Positions 1 to 12,432 of a stretch of DNA of 64,000 nucleotides are shown in pieces; the stretch's first letter is position 1; each line of letters opens with the position of its first letter. Location of the stretch: contig OZ024742.1 in NCBI GenBank assembly GCA_964016885.1, forward strand, positions 307,458,001 to 307,522,000, given 5' to 3'. The notes under the pieces were generated by a model. It did no database searches. It saw nothing but the letters and a program-made list of their open reading frames with translations, and was not told where the DNA came from. A program made the position numbers and the translations under genes. The DNA is from Eledone cirrhosa. Its lineage: Eukaryota.

Positions 1-189
1 CTCGGCCTTTTGGCTAAGATCAAAGTGTAGTATCTGTTCTTAATATCTTATATGGTCCCTATATGGGATCATCGATATTAAACTGATTTTTTAGAACTTG
101 GCGAAGAGTTAGGGGCTTGCTCCGCCTTTGCTCCGCCTTTGCCACGGGTTGGCCTGGTATTGCAGTATATCCAGGATTTGGCCCATCTC
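1..189 (+). pseudogene. U2: U2 snRNA variant/pseudogene (first ~7 nt outside the window)
   Basis: CTCGGCCTTTTGGCTAAGATCAAAGTGTAGTATCTGTTCTT matches the U2 5' end including the GTAGTA branch-point recognition sequence. Stem IIb (TGGTCCC/GGGATCA), an Sm site (GATTTTTTAG) and the SL4 loop (TTGCAGTA) are present. About 8 nt of stem IIa are missing and TGCTCCGCCTT is duplicated in tandem. Confidence 0.93.
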
Positions 190-1182
190 CTACTCGGGAG
201 ATATAACTAATCCAAAATCAGACTCAGTTTTTAACTATGTATGCTTCATATTGTCATGTTATGATATTCTATGTTTCAATAACTGCCCAGGTTAATTTTT
301 GACTTTCGGAGACGAGAAAGTAAAGTGCCAGTAACTCATTGGATCCATGTAACCACATCCCTTTCAATACATCGCCTTGTCACGAAATTACAATTAATGA
401 ACTACAGAGAATGCATGCAAGTCGAGGTTCATGCTGAAAGCGCCGATCATTCAGAACTCTTACCTAATGCTCTAAAACCTATTCCTTACCGCCAAAATAG
501 TGGATGATACATGCACTAGAGTTTACGATCACAATTCGCACCCGGGAGACGGGATAATACAGCCTTCCGAGCAGATTTACATTAGCCATTCGAAACTAAG
601 TTCTACACATCTGCAGTAAAGATTTCATGTAGGAAAATCGTATGCTTTACCATTTCTTCTGATAACAATCCAGGCAAATTATTGAAAAATCCTGTCTTTA
701 ACTTCAGCGTTCAAGTGGGAATTGTAGAGTTTCGTCTAGGTTACGATGAAGAAAGATAAGTGCCGCAAAATTTCAATGAATTTTGTGTAAACCGGAAGGA
801 TGGAAATCATAATAGTTTCGATTAGGATGAAATAATGTGTGAAGTTTGATCCTATCAGTAGTCATAGCTTGAAAGAATGTTTGGAAATCGGAAGAATAAA
901 AGTAGCAGACAACATCAGTCGGCTTTTAACTGACATTGCAGAAGAGGCGTATATTCTGTCAAAGATAATTTTTCTAATTTTCTGCAGATTTTCATTATTC
1001 TTTAGTCTTTATGACAATATATCAATTTCTTATGAGGCACAATAACAGCATTTTAAAGGGAGGTAAAATTGGGCTAAGTTGACACCATATTGGATTTAAA
1101 ATATATTCTATCAAATCCGTAATGATGAAAAGCAAAGTTGTCATTGGCAGGTATTGAAACCAGAACGTAGAGATCCATAACG

Positions 1183-1377
1183 AAATAATTGTTTCTACTA
1201 TTGGCACAAGGCCAGCAATTACCCAGTACATTACTGCTACTTTATTTTATCCAGCCCGTAGGGATGAAAGGCAAAGTTAACCTCTGCGGGATTTGAACTC
1301 AGAATGGCAAGAGTCGTAACTCTATGCGTCAAAGCATGGCGTCCGACCCTCTACCGATACAGCCAATTCACCACCCT
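1183..1377 (-). mobile_element. tRNA-derived SINE (Octopus-type family A)
   Basis: On the minus strand: B-box-like GAGTTCAAATCC, body CTTTGCCTTTCATCC and an ATT tail. Homologous to the copies at 7294, 21093, 28020, 39480 and 39912. Confidence 0.85.
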
Positions 1378-1419
1378 TAATAACGAAATAATGCAATATA
1401 TTACATCAGACGACCTTAC

Positions 1420-1804
1420 CGAATGAGCTAGCTTCAGCATTCAGTATTGAGAAGAAAGGAGGTAGGTGTATAAGAGAAACTTGCTATGTTCAATTCAGTA
1501 TTCGTGCCAAGCGTTACTTATGGTCATGTATGTTGGGTAATGATCGAAAATATACGATCAAGAATACAAGGGCTTGAAATGGGTTTCCTCCGAAGGATCT
1601 TTGGAGTAAGGTTACTCGATAAAGTACGTAACTCGGAGATCAGAGTGTCACTCCAGATAGATCCTCTACATCTCATAACTGAGAGTACACAGTTCTGTTA
1701 ATATTGGCATGTGGTTAGAATTTCTGAGGAAAGAATGGCCGTGCAGATTTTTTCGAGCAGAACCAATCGGCAGATAACTCTGTAGTAGAGCCCGAGCAAG
1801 ATGT
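1420..1804 (+). mobile_element. RTE-clade LINE fragment (C-terminal to RT)
   Basis: Translation VPSVTYGHVCW...EMGFLRRIFGVRLLDKVRNSEIR is typical of the RTE post-RT region. It contains stops and is cut off by the Penelope element. Confidence 0.8.
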
Positions 1805-3570
1805 TTGGATAACACAACGATCCCACACCAATACGGACTACATGCAATAGGATTCTGGATAGAGAAATATCCCAATGAAATACCTGACAGAATAGAAAAA
1901 ATCTTCATCACCGAGGGATTAAAATTTATGTTACAGAACAACTATTTTGATTTTGATGGCTGTACTTACAAGCAAATATCGGGGACTGCGATGGGTACAA
2001 AAGCCGCTCCAACTTATGCCAACTTAGTCATGGCATAGTTTGAAGTCCAGATTTATGAACAGTCCAAATCAAAATACGGATTGAACTACCACAAATATTT
2101 ATCAGAGAATTGGAAAAGCTACTTGGATGATTGTCTTATTATTTGGCCCCACACACTCGACCAACTGAATGATTTCAAAAATTTAATAAACGGCATCAAT
2201 AACCACATCCCATTCACAATGGAATACAGCCAAGATCAACTCCCATTTCTGGACATCTTAATCTTAAAAAAAGACACACATATTGAAACTGACATACACT
2301 ACAAACCAACAGATTCCAAACAATACCTGCTATTCACCTCCAACCATCCAAAGCACACGAAGACGAACATTCCTTTTAACCTAGCAAGAAGAATTTGCAC
2401 CATTGTCTCCAATTATAAAACGCGAAATAAAAGACTTCAAGAATTAAAGGAAATTCTACTCGAAAGACAGTACAACACTATTCACAAGAACATCCCACTA
2501 TTGAAACAAGACCCAAGAATGAAAAAAGCCCTTGAAACACAAAATAATCAAAAGCAAAAGACAACCGAAATCACTGAAAACATTACTCACCAATGCCAAA
2601 TTACCTACCACAAACCCACAACCAACTATCAAAAAATGTGGTCGCTCTAATTGTGGAACCTGCACTCACCTCATTGAAGGCAACACGTATACATTTAAAT
2701 CAGTACAACATTTTGCTGTAAAAAGTCACTTCACTTGCTTATTAAAAAATCTAATTTATGCCATTAAATGTAAAGGATGCAATGAAGATTATATAGGACA
2801 AACTAAACTCACACTCAGAAATAGAATGACAGTTCATCGCCAACAATTACGAGATCCAACCACGAGACAGATACCACTAAGCGCATATCTAGACATTTGC
2901 GCAAGTAATAAGACGCCCAAATTCAAAGTCTTCCCATTTTACCTTTGCGCTGACAATACAACAGAACAAATACGAATAAATAAGGAAAATATGTTTATTC
3001 AAAAATATAGACCAGCATTAAATATGGTTTAATATACATTATGTCAACACCATAACATGCTAACCATCCAAACAGACACATACACACACACATAACACCT
3101 TCTACTTTAGAAAATAAAAACCCGAACTAAATAAACCTTAACATACGTTTACGGTGACAATACAACAGAACAAATACGAATAAGTAAGGAAAATACGTTC
3201 ATTCAAAAATATTCCTACTAACGGATTCATTTTCCTACACACAAAATATATATTCTCTTCATCTTAACATGCTAACCATACTCCCACACACACATAACAC
3301 CCATACATACACACATAACCCCCCCCCCCCCCACACACACAACTCCCTCCCCCATTCCTACTAATAGAATCACTTTCATACACACACACACACAAAATAT
3401 ATATATTATCTCCACCTTAACATACTCCCACACCCCCCACACACACATAACACCCATATACACACACAACTCCCTCCCCCATTTCTACCAATAGAATCAT
3501 TTGAAAATAGAATTAGAAAAAAGAATTGAGATATACATATAGAGACATACAGAGGCAATTACACACATCG

Positions 3571-3659
<89 letters not shown>

Positions 3660-4480
3660 TAAACATACATATATCTACTTTCTTTATTTCAATAGAAAAT
3701 CTGAACTCTGACACCCCAGCGAACTAGCCCTATTCACTGAACCAGAACAATTCTCGCATTTCTCTTGACCATTATCTTTTGCTCATCATAAAATTCTCTA
3801 AATGGCTACAAAAGTAATTCCCAAATACGTGCGCGGAACTTGTTCACGTGACAGTCATAATTTCATTTATAACCAATCAAATTGCATTTAAAAAAAAAGC
3901 CTACGGGAGTCACTTTTTTTATCGTCATAAAATTCTGTAAAAGGCTACAAAATAAATTCCCAAATATGGACGCGAAATTTTAATGAACTTGTTCACATGA
4001 CAACCATAATTTCATTTATAACCAATCAAATTACATTAAAAAAAAAAGCCTTTGTGAGCCCCCTTTTTTAAGTAAAAAGTAATTCAAACACTCATATCTG
4101 AAAAACCAACTTGAGACCCCCCCCATTTATTTGAAGAACTTTGTAACGCGAACTGGCGCGAAATTTATTAAACTTATTGACAAACCAATCAAATTACTTC
4201 TCTAAAAACCTGGCGTTTTGAGCCACTTTTTTCCATATAAAACAAGTAACATTCAAAGACCAACCAGATGTGAGAAAAACCACAGACCCTCCATCTCAAC
4301 TCTACCTTTGAAAAGCAGAAGAACTGCGAAACCGGTAGAGGAACCAACTAAAAATATGTATATTTAAAAAAAAATAAGCCTCCAGTTGCATTTTCGATTT
4401 CATCCCTTTTTCTTTATACTTTCACTCGTGTAGGACACCTCGGTTATTTTTCATTTTGTAAAAAAACCTCACTTTCTAAT
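1805..4480 (+). mobile_element. 5'-truncated, decayed Penelope-like element (Neptune-type): RT, Cys linker, GIY-YIG, pLTR
   Basis: RT motifs QISGTAMGTKAAPTYANLVM, YLDD, LPFLD and thumb TDSKQYLLFTSNHPKH are present. A CGRSNCGTC linker precedes GIY-YIG NLIYAIKC..C...YIGQT..LRNR..H...PALN (2532-3032). The frame is broken by stops and frameshifts. The 3' region has internal tandem repeats and a hammerhead-like motif. Confidence 0.92.
4300..4341 (+). ncRNA. minimal hammerhead-like motif (U3-A8 core variant) in the Neptune pLTR
   Basis: TTGAAAA-GCAG-aagaa-CTGC-GAAA-CCGG-TA-GAGG: perfect stem II and palindromic stem III, with an imperfect stem I. Confidence 0.55.
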
Positions 4481-4489
4481 ATATATATA

Positions 4490-4848
4490 TATATTAAAAT
4501 GAACCACCTAGAATATTAGTCTACGACTTCTTTTATACCATAAACGTGGTTTTGTCCTTGCGTGTAATTGTTTTTCAACTCTCCCAATAATGACGTATTA
4601 TATTCGTTTTTTCCCGTTCTTTACCAGGGAACGTTTTCACGAACCAAAGTATCGTCTTCCTGTCTTCCTCCGGCTGCAACGTCTTTTGAAATATCCACTT
4701 CTGCGTTCACAGATTGACTTTGTTAGTTTCAGAAGATCCCGTTAAGCAGCGATTCTTTGCTTAAACTTTAATCTGTTATTTTAATATTTGCTATATATTT
4801 ATCCTTATCGAGCCCTATTTGGATTTTAGTCTTCAAATTTATTATTAT

Positions 4849-4850
<2 letters not shown>
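4490..4850. mobile_element. (TA)n-embedded repeat, probable PLE pLTR remnant
   Basis: Shares two segments with 12490-12680, where the first segment is inverted. Both copies are flanked by (TA)n. Confidence 0.55.
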
Positions 4851-4890
<40 letters not shown>

Positions 4891-5407
4891 TTGCGTGTTT
4901 GTGTGTGTAACGTGTGTGTGTGTGTGTAGCGTGTGTATGTACACACGCACACACCTACATTGGTAAATACGAAAAAAACTACAATTAAAAATAAATAGAT
5001 AATGGACTTGACATGAAATATGAAACATGTTAATGCATTTGCGTGTGTATATAAATTGCTTGAGCGTTGGCCGTAATAATAAAGATGTGTCATGTTAATC
5101 CCCAACCTTTTTACCAGCTCAATCATCATCATCAACATCGACATATTCTTGTATACTAGCAACATCTTCACCATCTTCGCCTTTACTACCAACATCACCA
5201 TCCTCATCAGCCTCATTATCTTCTCTACCACTTATCAAATAACTACTACTAACGTCACTAGAACCAATGAAGAGATTATAGCTTGTTATTATTTATTATA
5301 TTCTTTATGTAATACTTTGCAAGATTTCTAAGATTTAACGAAAAATTGTCTTTTCACTCAAGGAGGAATTTTTCTTGTTAACATTCTTTATGTACTAAAC
5401 TTACAGC

Positions 5408-5512
<105 letters not shown>

Positions 5513-5725
5513 CGTGTATGTGGCATGTGTGCATTTGAGCATCTGTACAAACACATTCACAGACATGTATCTACACATGCGTATATGTGTGAAAGTGTGT
5601 GAGTGTCTCTTGTTCTTAATTTAAATAAGTTATCTTTAGGCACCAACAGACTTCGTTCATGTTTAGAAAACTGCCAAGTATGATAAAGAAATCGTTGTTT
5701 AGCACACATGCACACATGCACACAT

Positions 5726-5793
<68 letters not shown>

Positions 5794-5823
5794 GCATTCA
5801 TAAGCATATATATATATATATAA

Positions 5824-5932
<109 letters not shown>

Positions 5933-5942
5933 TATAATTATA

Positions 5943-5994
<52 letters not shown>

Positions 5995-6006
5995 CATATG
6001 TATATC

Positions 6007-6055
<49 letters not shown>

Positions 6056-6082
6056 ATATATATACATATGTATATATATATG

Positions 6083-6114
<32 letters not shown>

Positions 6115-7293
6115 TGCATATATACATATATACATATAATGTGTAACTCTACTTTCCTTTCTTTCTCTCTCTCTCTCTAACGCAAACAAACTATCAAATG
6201 TATATATGCATCTTAAAATACGTATATACATATGCGAGTAAATGTATGCCTACGCATACATTTTCTCCTATGAAAATACACACATATCAACGTATGCAGA
6301 AATTATTATACACACGCACACACAGACACACACACACCACACACACACACATATACACACGCACATATATCTGTGTGTGTTTGTTTGTGTGTACGTGTGT
6401 GGGTGTAGGTGTGTGGGTTTGTGTGTAGGTGTATGTGTGTATACACGTCATAAAAATGTATTCTCTTAAATTGCTATTGTTATTAAAGGGTAAATAATTC
6501 CAACGAGAAAGTATCCTTTGAGAAGAAATATAAGGAGAATGCATAAAAGACAGAAGTGTTAGAAAAGAAAAAAAGAATTAAAAGAATTCGTTGATTGAGC
6601 GAAAAGAAATTAAAAAAAATAGCCAGAAAGCAAGCTAGAAAAATGGAAGTAAGAAATGAAATGAAAAAATATGTAAGATGAAACATTGCAGATTGTGTAT
6701 TATGTGACTACACAAAGACGTAGAAAGATTAAGGTGTGTAGAATGTTTATGATAAAAGTATAATATAAAATATTAATTTGTATAGAATTGAATTTTTATA
6801 AAGCGAACTTAAAGATGTGAGACGATAAAATATTTGGATAATATGTACTTTTGGAATTTTGTTGAAACATGTTATTTTCTTCATTGTTGTACAATGGCTG
6901 TCTTAAATGTAATCTCTTCTAGTCCAAATTAACCGTTTGAATGCTTTAAATATTGAACTGTTTAACACGTAATTATTAGAAGAATTAACAATCGTTTTAT
7001 TTGCTTTAGGTTTTTCTACTTTATTCTTTAATCTATCAGTCACAAATGGCTGAAACCCGTGGGTGTGGAATTACCGATTTTTCAAGACCGCTATTTATAG
7101 CTCACCAAGTATAGCTGTGGAATTATAAACTTCTTTTCACAAGTATGCAGTTTCATATTCAGTCCCACTTAACCAAGTACATATCTTCCACATCAAACAA
7201 TCCCAGACAAAAGACGACCACCTTTATTTTAAAATAATTTGTAGCTACTCCACATCTCGTTAGGTAAAAGAAATTCCCTGTGTCGTTATTTCA

Positions 7294-7486
7294 GGCGGTG
7301 GATTGGTAGTATCGGTAGAGAGTCGGACGCCATGCTTTGCAGCATAGAGTTATGTCCCTTTATAGTCTGAGTTCAAATCCCGCCGAGGTCAACTTTGCCT
7401 TTCATCCTTACGGGTCGATGAAATAAAGTACCAGTAATGCACTGGAGAAATTGCTGATCTTGTGCCAAAAGTAGAAACGATTATTT
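7294..7486 (+). mobile_element. tRNA-derived SINE family A
   Basis: GGCGGTGGATTGGTAG...GAGTTCAAATCCCGCCGAGGTCAACTTTGCCTTTCATCC...GTAGAAACGATTATT. Confidence 0.85.
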
Positions 7487-7879
7487 CATTATAACATAAT
7501 TTTTCAGAATGTTTATTAATATTTTAAATTTGTGGATTTTTAAAATGTAAAATTGCAAAGTATTTTGTTGGAAAAATTGCAATAACCAATAATCAATTAT
7601 TCTAAAGCAAGAATATAAAAATAAAACCTATTTCTCAATTCCACTCACGTCAACATTGACATTTTATGCCACCCTCACTTTGGAAAGTCTTGCTCTACGT
7701 TAGCATCATGTCGACTAAAGCCAAAGACTTATAAGTGAAATTTGTAGACTAGAATTTATAAAGAATGTTGTTGTTCTCATGAAGAAGAATATGTATAACT
7801 TAATCGCACCACATGGAGTATATAAAGTAACGACAATATTTAATTATATTTTCGGCCAATATAGCCACTTGAGTATTAA

Positions 7880-8320
7880 GTTGTTGACCAAAATATATAT
7901 GAGTGTTGGTTGTTTATCCGATATTTCTTGGATTCCTTTTTCCAGGTACTGTTTGAAGGTAATGGGATCTTGGATTTGATTTGGAATGATTTTGAAGAGA
8001 GCAGAGACTACTGGGGATGAACGAGTTTTGATGTAGTGTGATTATGTGAGGTGAGCTCGATTTCTGTAGGGGAAATACGGTCGCAGTCTTTGTGGAATTT
8101 TAAAATTTCATGCAAGCTTCATTTGAGCAATTGAGGCGGAATAGATTTTGTTGGAGAGAATAGAGCTTGAGCTCTTCGAGCAGGTACCAATAATCGAGAC
8201 CTGTCATATTAGTTTTAGTAATTGACATCTGAGGGGGATTTATTTCTCATAATAATGTGCTTGGTATGGGGACACCACAGCGGTCAACAGTATTCTAGGT
8301 GTGACTGAACAAACATAAAG
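7880..8320 (-). mobile_element. CR1-group LINE 3' fragment
   Basis: Minus-strand translation YWYLLEELKLYSLQ ... LFKIIPNQIQDPITFKQYLE resembles the YW.RL..L.LYSLE and FN.LP...FK..LD motifs of the CR1-group C-terminus. Confidence 0.6.
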
Positions 8321-9354
8321 AAGAGAATGATGGTGGAAGATAGATCTCTAAACCGTCAAATTCTAAGGATCAACATATACAGGCCAAGTCGACTTTGCTG
8401 TTGATATAGCTGCTTTAGATTATGTTGCTACCGTAAACTACACCTAAGACTCTGATACTCTTAGATATCACAATGATTTAGCAGAATAGAATATTGTCCT
8501 TTATATGTACCTTATCTCTTCTAATGTGGATTGGCTCAACATTTTTCTACCTTTCGTTGCATACTATTTTTTCCGCACATTGAAAACAAAACGTAGACCA
8601 AATTGAAGGTCTGTCCAGCCTCCTACTTTACTGATGGCATTTATATAAATAACAACGAGGATTTGACTCCAGAAAATGACCTGTGAGACACAACTATCGA
8701 ATTTTGCTGGGCTTCATTATTTACTGTCGGTCATAAGAGACTTTGTTTCTGTTCATTGGGAGACAATTTGCTATTGTAGCTCACGACAGACTGTAATAAG
8801 TAATTGATTGTTTTTTTAAGTCAAATTATATATCACAAACAATCTTTAGTTTGCCATCAAAGGGATGCAAAGCTGTATTAATCAGTCCCTACTATCACCG
8901 AAAACGTAATGGTTCGGAGTAAATTCTTCCCATTAAGGAATTAAGTCATTGTTGATCTCATTACCATTTCAAGTAATTTAATAATACGCAAAGTAACTGA
9001 GGCCGATTGGTAATTTACAGAGAGTGTCTCATTTCCTCTTTTGAAAGCTGTTATCACACACGCACAGACGCATATATTCCAACCATACATGTATATAGTC
9101 ACGCTCACAAACATATATATGTATACTATTTTAAGTTCTCCTGTATATAGACACCTTCACGAACGATTTATAGACCTTACCACCTATATATACAGTGATA
9201 CACACGAAAGAATTAACAACACATACACCCTCACATATTCACCTTTGTTTTTCTTCTTTTTACTTGCACTATCCTGACGAAAGACTAAAGTTCGATACGT
9301 TGAACTTTTGTTCTCTTTCATCTTGTTTTTGCATCTCTGTATTTTCATTGCTTT

Positions 9355-9410
<56 letters not shown>

Positions 9411-9613
9411 TATGTATACGTACATACATATATGTATACAGACGTACAGTAGTATGTATATACATACTTACATGCACACATATATATATGTACGTATGGA
9501 TTGACCGAACATTTATTATAATGCTCGGTTTGTTTGTAAACAAACAGCCAGAATTATTAGCCGTACAGTGCTCGGCAACCATCGTTGCCATTTTGTCCAA
9601 CACTGACAAAGGA

Positions 9614-9655
9614 ACGTTGAACTAGTTTCTAGCTTATTAGCTGTCATCAGCATCG
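9614..9655 (-). ncRNA. minimal type I hammerhead ribozyme, copy 1
   Basis: Minus strand: CGATG-CTGATGA-CAGCT-aata-AGCTA-GAAAC-ta-GTT-CAACG. Confidence 0.8.
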
Positions 9656-9899
9656 CATACCTTCCTGTCAGTCGATTGAACGTTTGAAAGTATATACTTT
9701 CCTTATGCATATTAACGGCTGAGCAGCCTAATTTGCATATCGAGTGAGTTAGTCGGCCGGGCGTACCGAAAACGATAAATGGAAAAAATGAAATTTCATT
9801 TCTCACACTTAGTACGGCTGATACTTAAATATAAGTATGTATACGTACATACATATATGTATACAGACGTACAGTAGTATGTATATACATATATACATG

Positions 9900-9997
<98 letters not shown>

Positions 9998-10118
9998 CGT
10001 ATGGGTATACCGAACATTTATTATAATATTCGGTTTGTTTGCAAACAAACAGCCCGAATTATTAGCCGTACAGTGTGCGGCAACCATCGTTGCCATTTTG
10101 TTCAACACTGACAAAGGA

Positions 10119-10161
10119 ACGATGAACTACTTTCTAGCTTATTAGCTGTCATCAGCATCGT
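10119..10161 (-). ncRNA. minimal type I hammerhead ribozyme, copy 2
   Basis: Minus strand: ACGATG-CTGATGA-CAGCT-aata-AGCTA-GAAAG-ta-GTT-CATCGT. Stem I is a perfect 6 bp; C15.2 is mutated. Confidence 0.75.
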
Positions 10162-10501
10162 ATACCTTCCTGTCAGTCGATTGAACGTTTGAAATTATAT
10201 ACTTTCCTGATGCATATTAACGGCTGAGCAGCCTAATTTGCATATCGAGTGAGTTAGTCGGCCGGGCGTACCGAAAACGATACGTCTGTATACATATATG
10301 TATGTACGTATACATACTTATATTTAAGTATCAGCCGTACTAAGAGTGAGAAATTAAATTTCATTTCATTCTTTTCCATTTATCGTTTTCGGTACGCCCG
10401 GCCGACTAACTCACTCGATATGCAAATTAGGCTGCCCAACCGTTAATATGCATAAAGAAAGTATATACTTTCAAAAGTTCAATCATTTGACAGAAAGGTA
10501 T

Positions 10502-10544
10502 ACGATGCTGACGATAGCTAATAAGCTAGAAACTAGTAGATCGT
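10502..10544 (+). ncRNA. minimal type I hammerhead ribozyme, copy 3
   Basis: ACGATG-CTGACGA-TAGCT-aata-AGCTA-GAAAC-ta-GTA-GATCGT. Stem II is perfect and stem III is the palindrome ACTAGT. Confidence 0.8.
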
Positions 10545-10806
10545 TCCTGTATCAGTGTTGAACAAAAGGGCAACGATGGTTGCCGAGCACTGTACGGCGT
10601 AATTCGGGCTGTTTGTTGTTTACAAACAAACCGAGCATTATATTAAATGTTAGGTCAACCCATACGTACATATATATATATATATGTGCATGTATGTATG
10701 TATATACATACTACTGTTCGTCTGTATACATATATGTATGTATGTATACATACTTATATTTAAGTATCACCCGTACTAAGAATGAGAAATGAAATTTCAT
10801 TTTTTC

Positions 10807-10858
<52 letters not shown>

Positions 10859-11036
10859 TATTACACAAAGAGAAGTGTGTTACACAGTGAGATGTGTGTA
10901 AAGAATTATTACAAGTGAGTTTAACCGTTACTGTATGGAGAACAATATCTACAGGTTAGCAATTAGATAGAAAAAAACTAAGTCAGAATCATATCTCTGA
11001 AGTAGAGTTTTAAATTACCAACCTTATAACTATAAG

Positions 11037-11112
11037 TTTGCTGATACGAATCTAGTTCGTTTCACCACAGAAATGTGCAGTTTAACAGCCCACAGGTTCC
11101 TCAGTCAGCAAA
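11037..11112 (-). ncRNA. type I hammerhead ribozyme with intact core and full-length stems
   Basis: Minus strand: TTTGCTGA-CTGAGGA-ACC...GGT-GAAA-CGAA-ctaga-TTCG-TA-TCAGCAAA. Stem I is 8 bp, stem III is 5 bp and the cleavage triplet is GUA. It lies in a ~440-bp non-coding element (10856-11295). Confidence 0.88.
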
Positions 11113-11515
11113 TGTCGATTCTGTTCACGACACATCTAACCTCATGGATAGAGAGAAAGCTAATATACACGTTGCCCAGAGTAGGGCGAAATCACGTGTT
11201 ATTTGCATAAAATAACGGCTCTCATGGATTGGAGAAAATGCTAGAGAGTGCAGCCCAACCATTCGAATTTATTAGCTCAACAATTTGGAGCTCGTTAAGT
11301 ATACGAGGATCGGAATTAAGAAGTATGTATGTGTATGTATGTATGTGTATGTATGTATGTATATATGTATGTATATGTATATATGTATATGTGTATGTAT
11401 ATATATAGGTATATATGCATGTATGTGTATGTATGTGTGTATGTATGTATATGTATATATGTATGTGTGTGTATGTATGTATATGTATATGTGTATATAT
11501 GTATGTATATATGTG

Positions 11516-11547
<32 letters not shown>

Positions 11548-11681
11548 TGTATGTATGTGTATGTGTATGTGTGTATGTATATATATATATGTATATGTGT
11601 ATATATATGTATGTATATATATGTGTATGTATATGTGTGTATATATATGTGTATATATATGTGTATGTATGTATATATGTG

Positions 11682-11713
<32 letters not shown>

Positions 11714-11839
11714 TATGTATATGTATGTATGTGTGTATATGTATATATGTATATATATATATATGTATATGTGTATGTATGTGTATATGTATGTATATGT
11801 GTGTATGTATGTATGTATGTATGTATGTATATATGTGTT

Positions 11840-12432
11840 GGTGCTACTGGTAACATGTATCCCAGTACAACCTGTTTCATGGTCGGGTCATCGGCGACTA
11901 AACTAACAACCCCACCAAGGTTTCTTGGTGAGGAGGGTGACTTTGGACATCCTGCAGGACTAAAAACAAAACCTGTCAAAGGGCAAAGGAGCTCTTAAGA
12001 GTCAATGGCCATCCAAAATCACCGGGAGAGATGACCCCTTAACCTTTGTCAAGGCAGAATTCTAGGAGAAGGAAAACTCTGATATAACACCTGCAACCCT
12101 GATGGTATCCAATGATGTTGACTTGTTATTCTTTTTGGTAAATATCATCTTGGTTAAGAGAGTGGGACTGGCTTTGTGCAGTGCCTTTGCTCACTATAAA
12201 AGCTTCACAGCACAGGCATTGCTTTATATCTGGAGATCTCTCTGCACTTGTCGTCACATGGTACCATGGGCCCAGCACTATGTGTCAATAATTGTCGCAA
12301 GTGTAGTGTTTGGACCAGAGTTTTCAAGTCGCTGGCTGGACTAAAAAGTCACACTCGTTCAGCGCATTGGTAGGGGTTCTCCTACATGGATGTAAAGTAG
12401 TGGCCGTACTCGAAAACGAGTTGGCAGCCACC

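Larger units (their letters stand above)
9405..10807. mobile_element. retrozyme/SPLE-like array: ~430-bp units (two direct, then ~1.2 inverted), one hammerhead per unit
   Basis: Unit 1 spans ~9405-9830 and unit 2 ~9830-10280. The inverted copy spans 10281-10807. The array is flanked by (TA)n and has no coding capacity. Confidence 0.85.

Noticed and set aside
1-330. U2-targeting retrotransposon (Utopia/Keno) insertion
   Set aside because: U2 is not interrupted by an element, and no such ORF is adjacent. The RLE elements in the window sit in (TAA)n.
690-960. Possible mariner transposase remnant (AFKW..FRLG)
   Set aside because: Only a few residues match, with no TIR or DDD motif visible.
9268-9310. 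Hammerhead-like CTGACGA...GATAC
   Set aside because: GAAA is mutated and there is no stem I, so at most a fossil.
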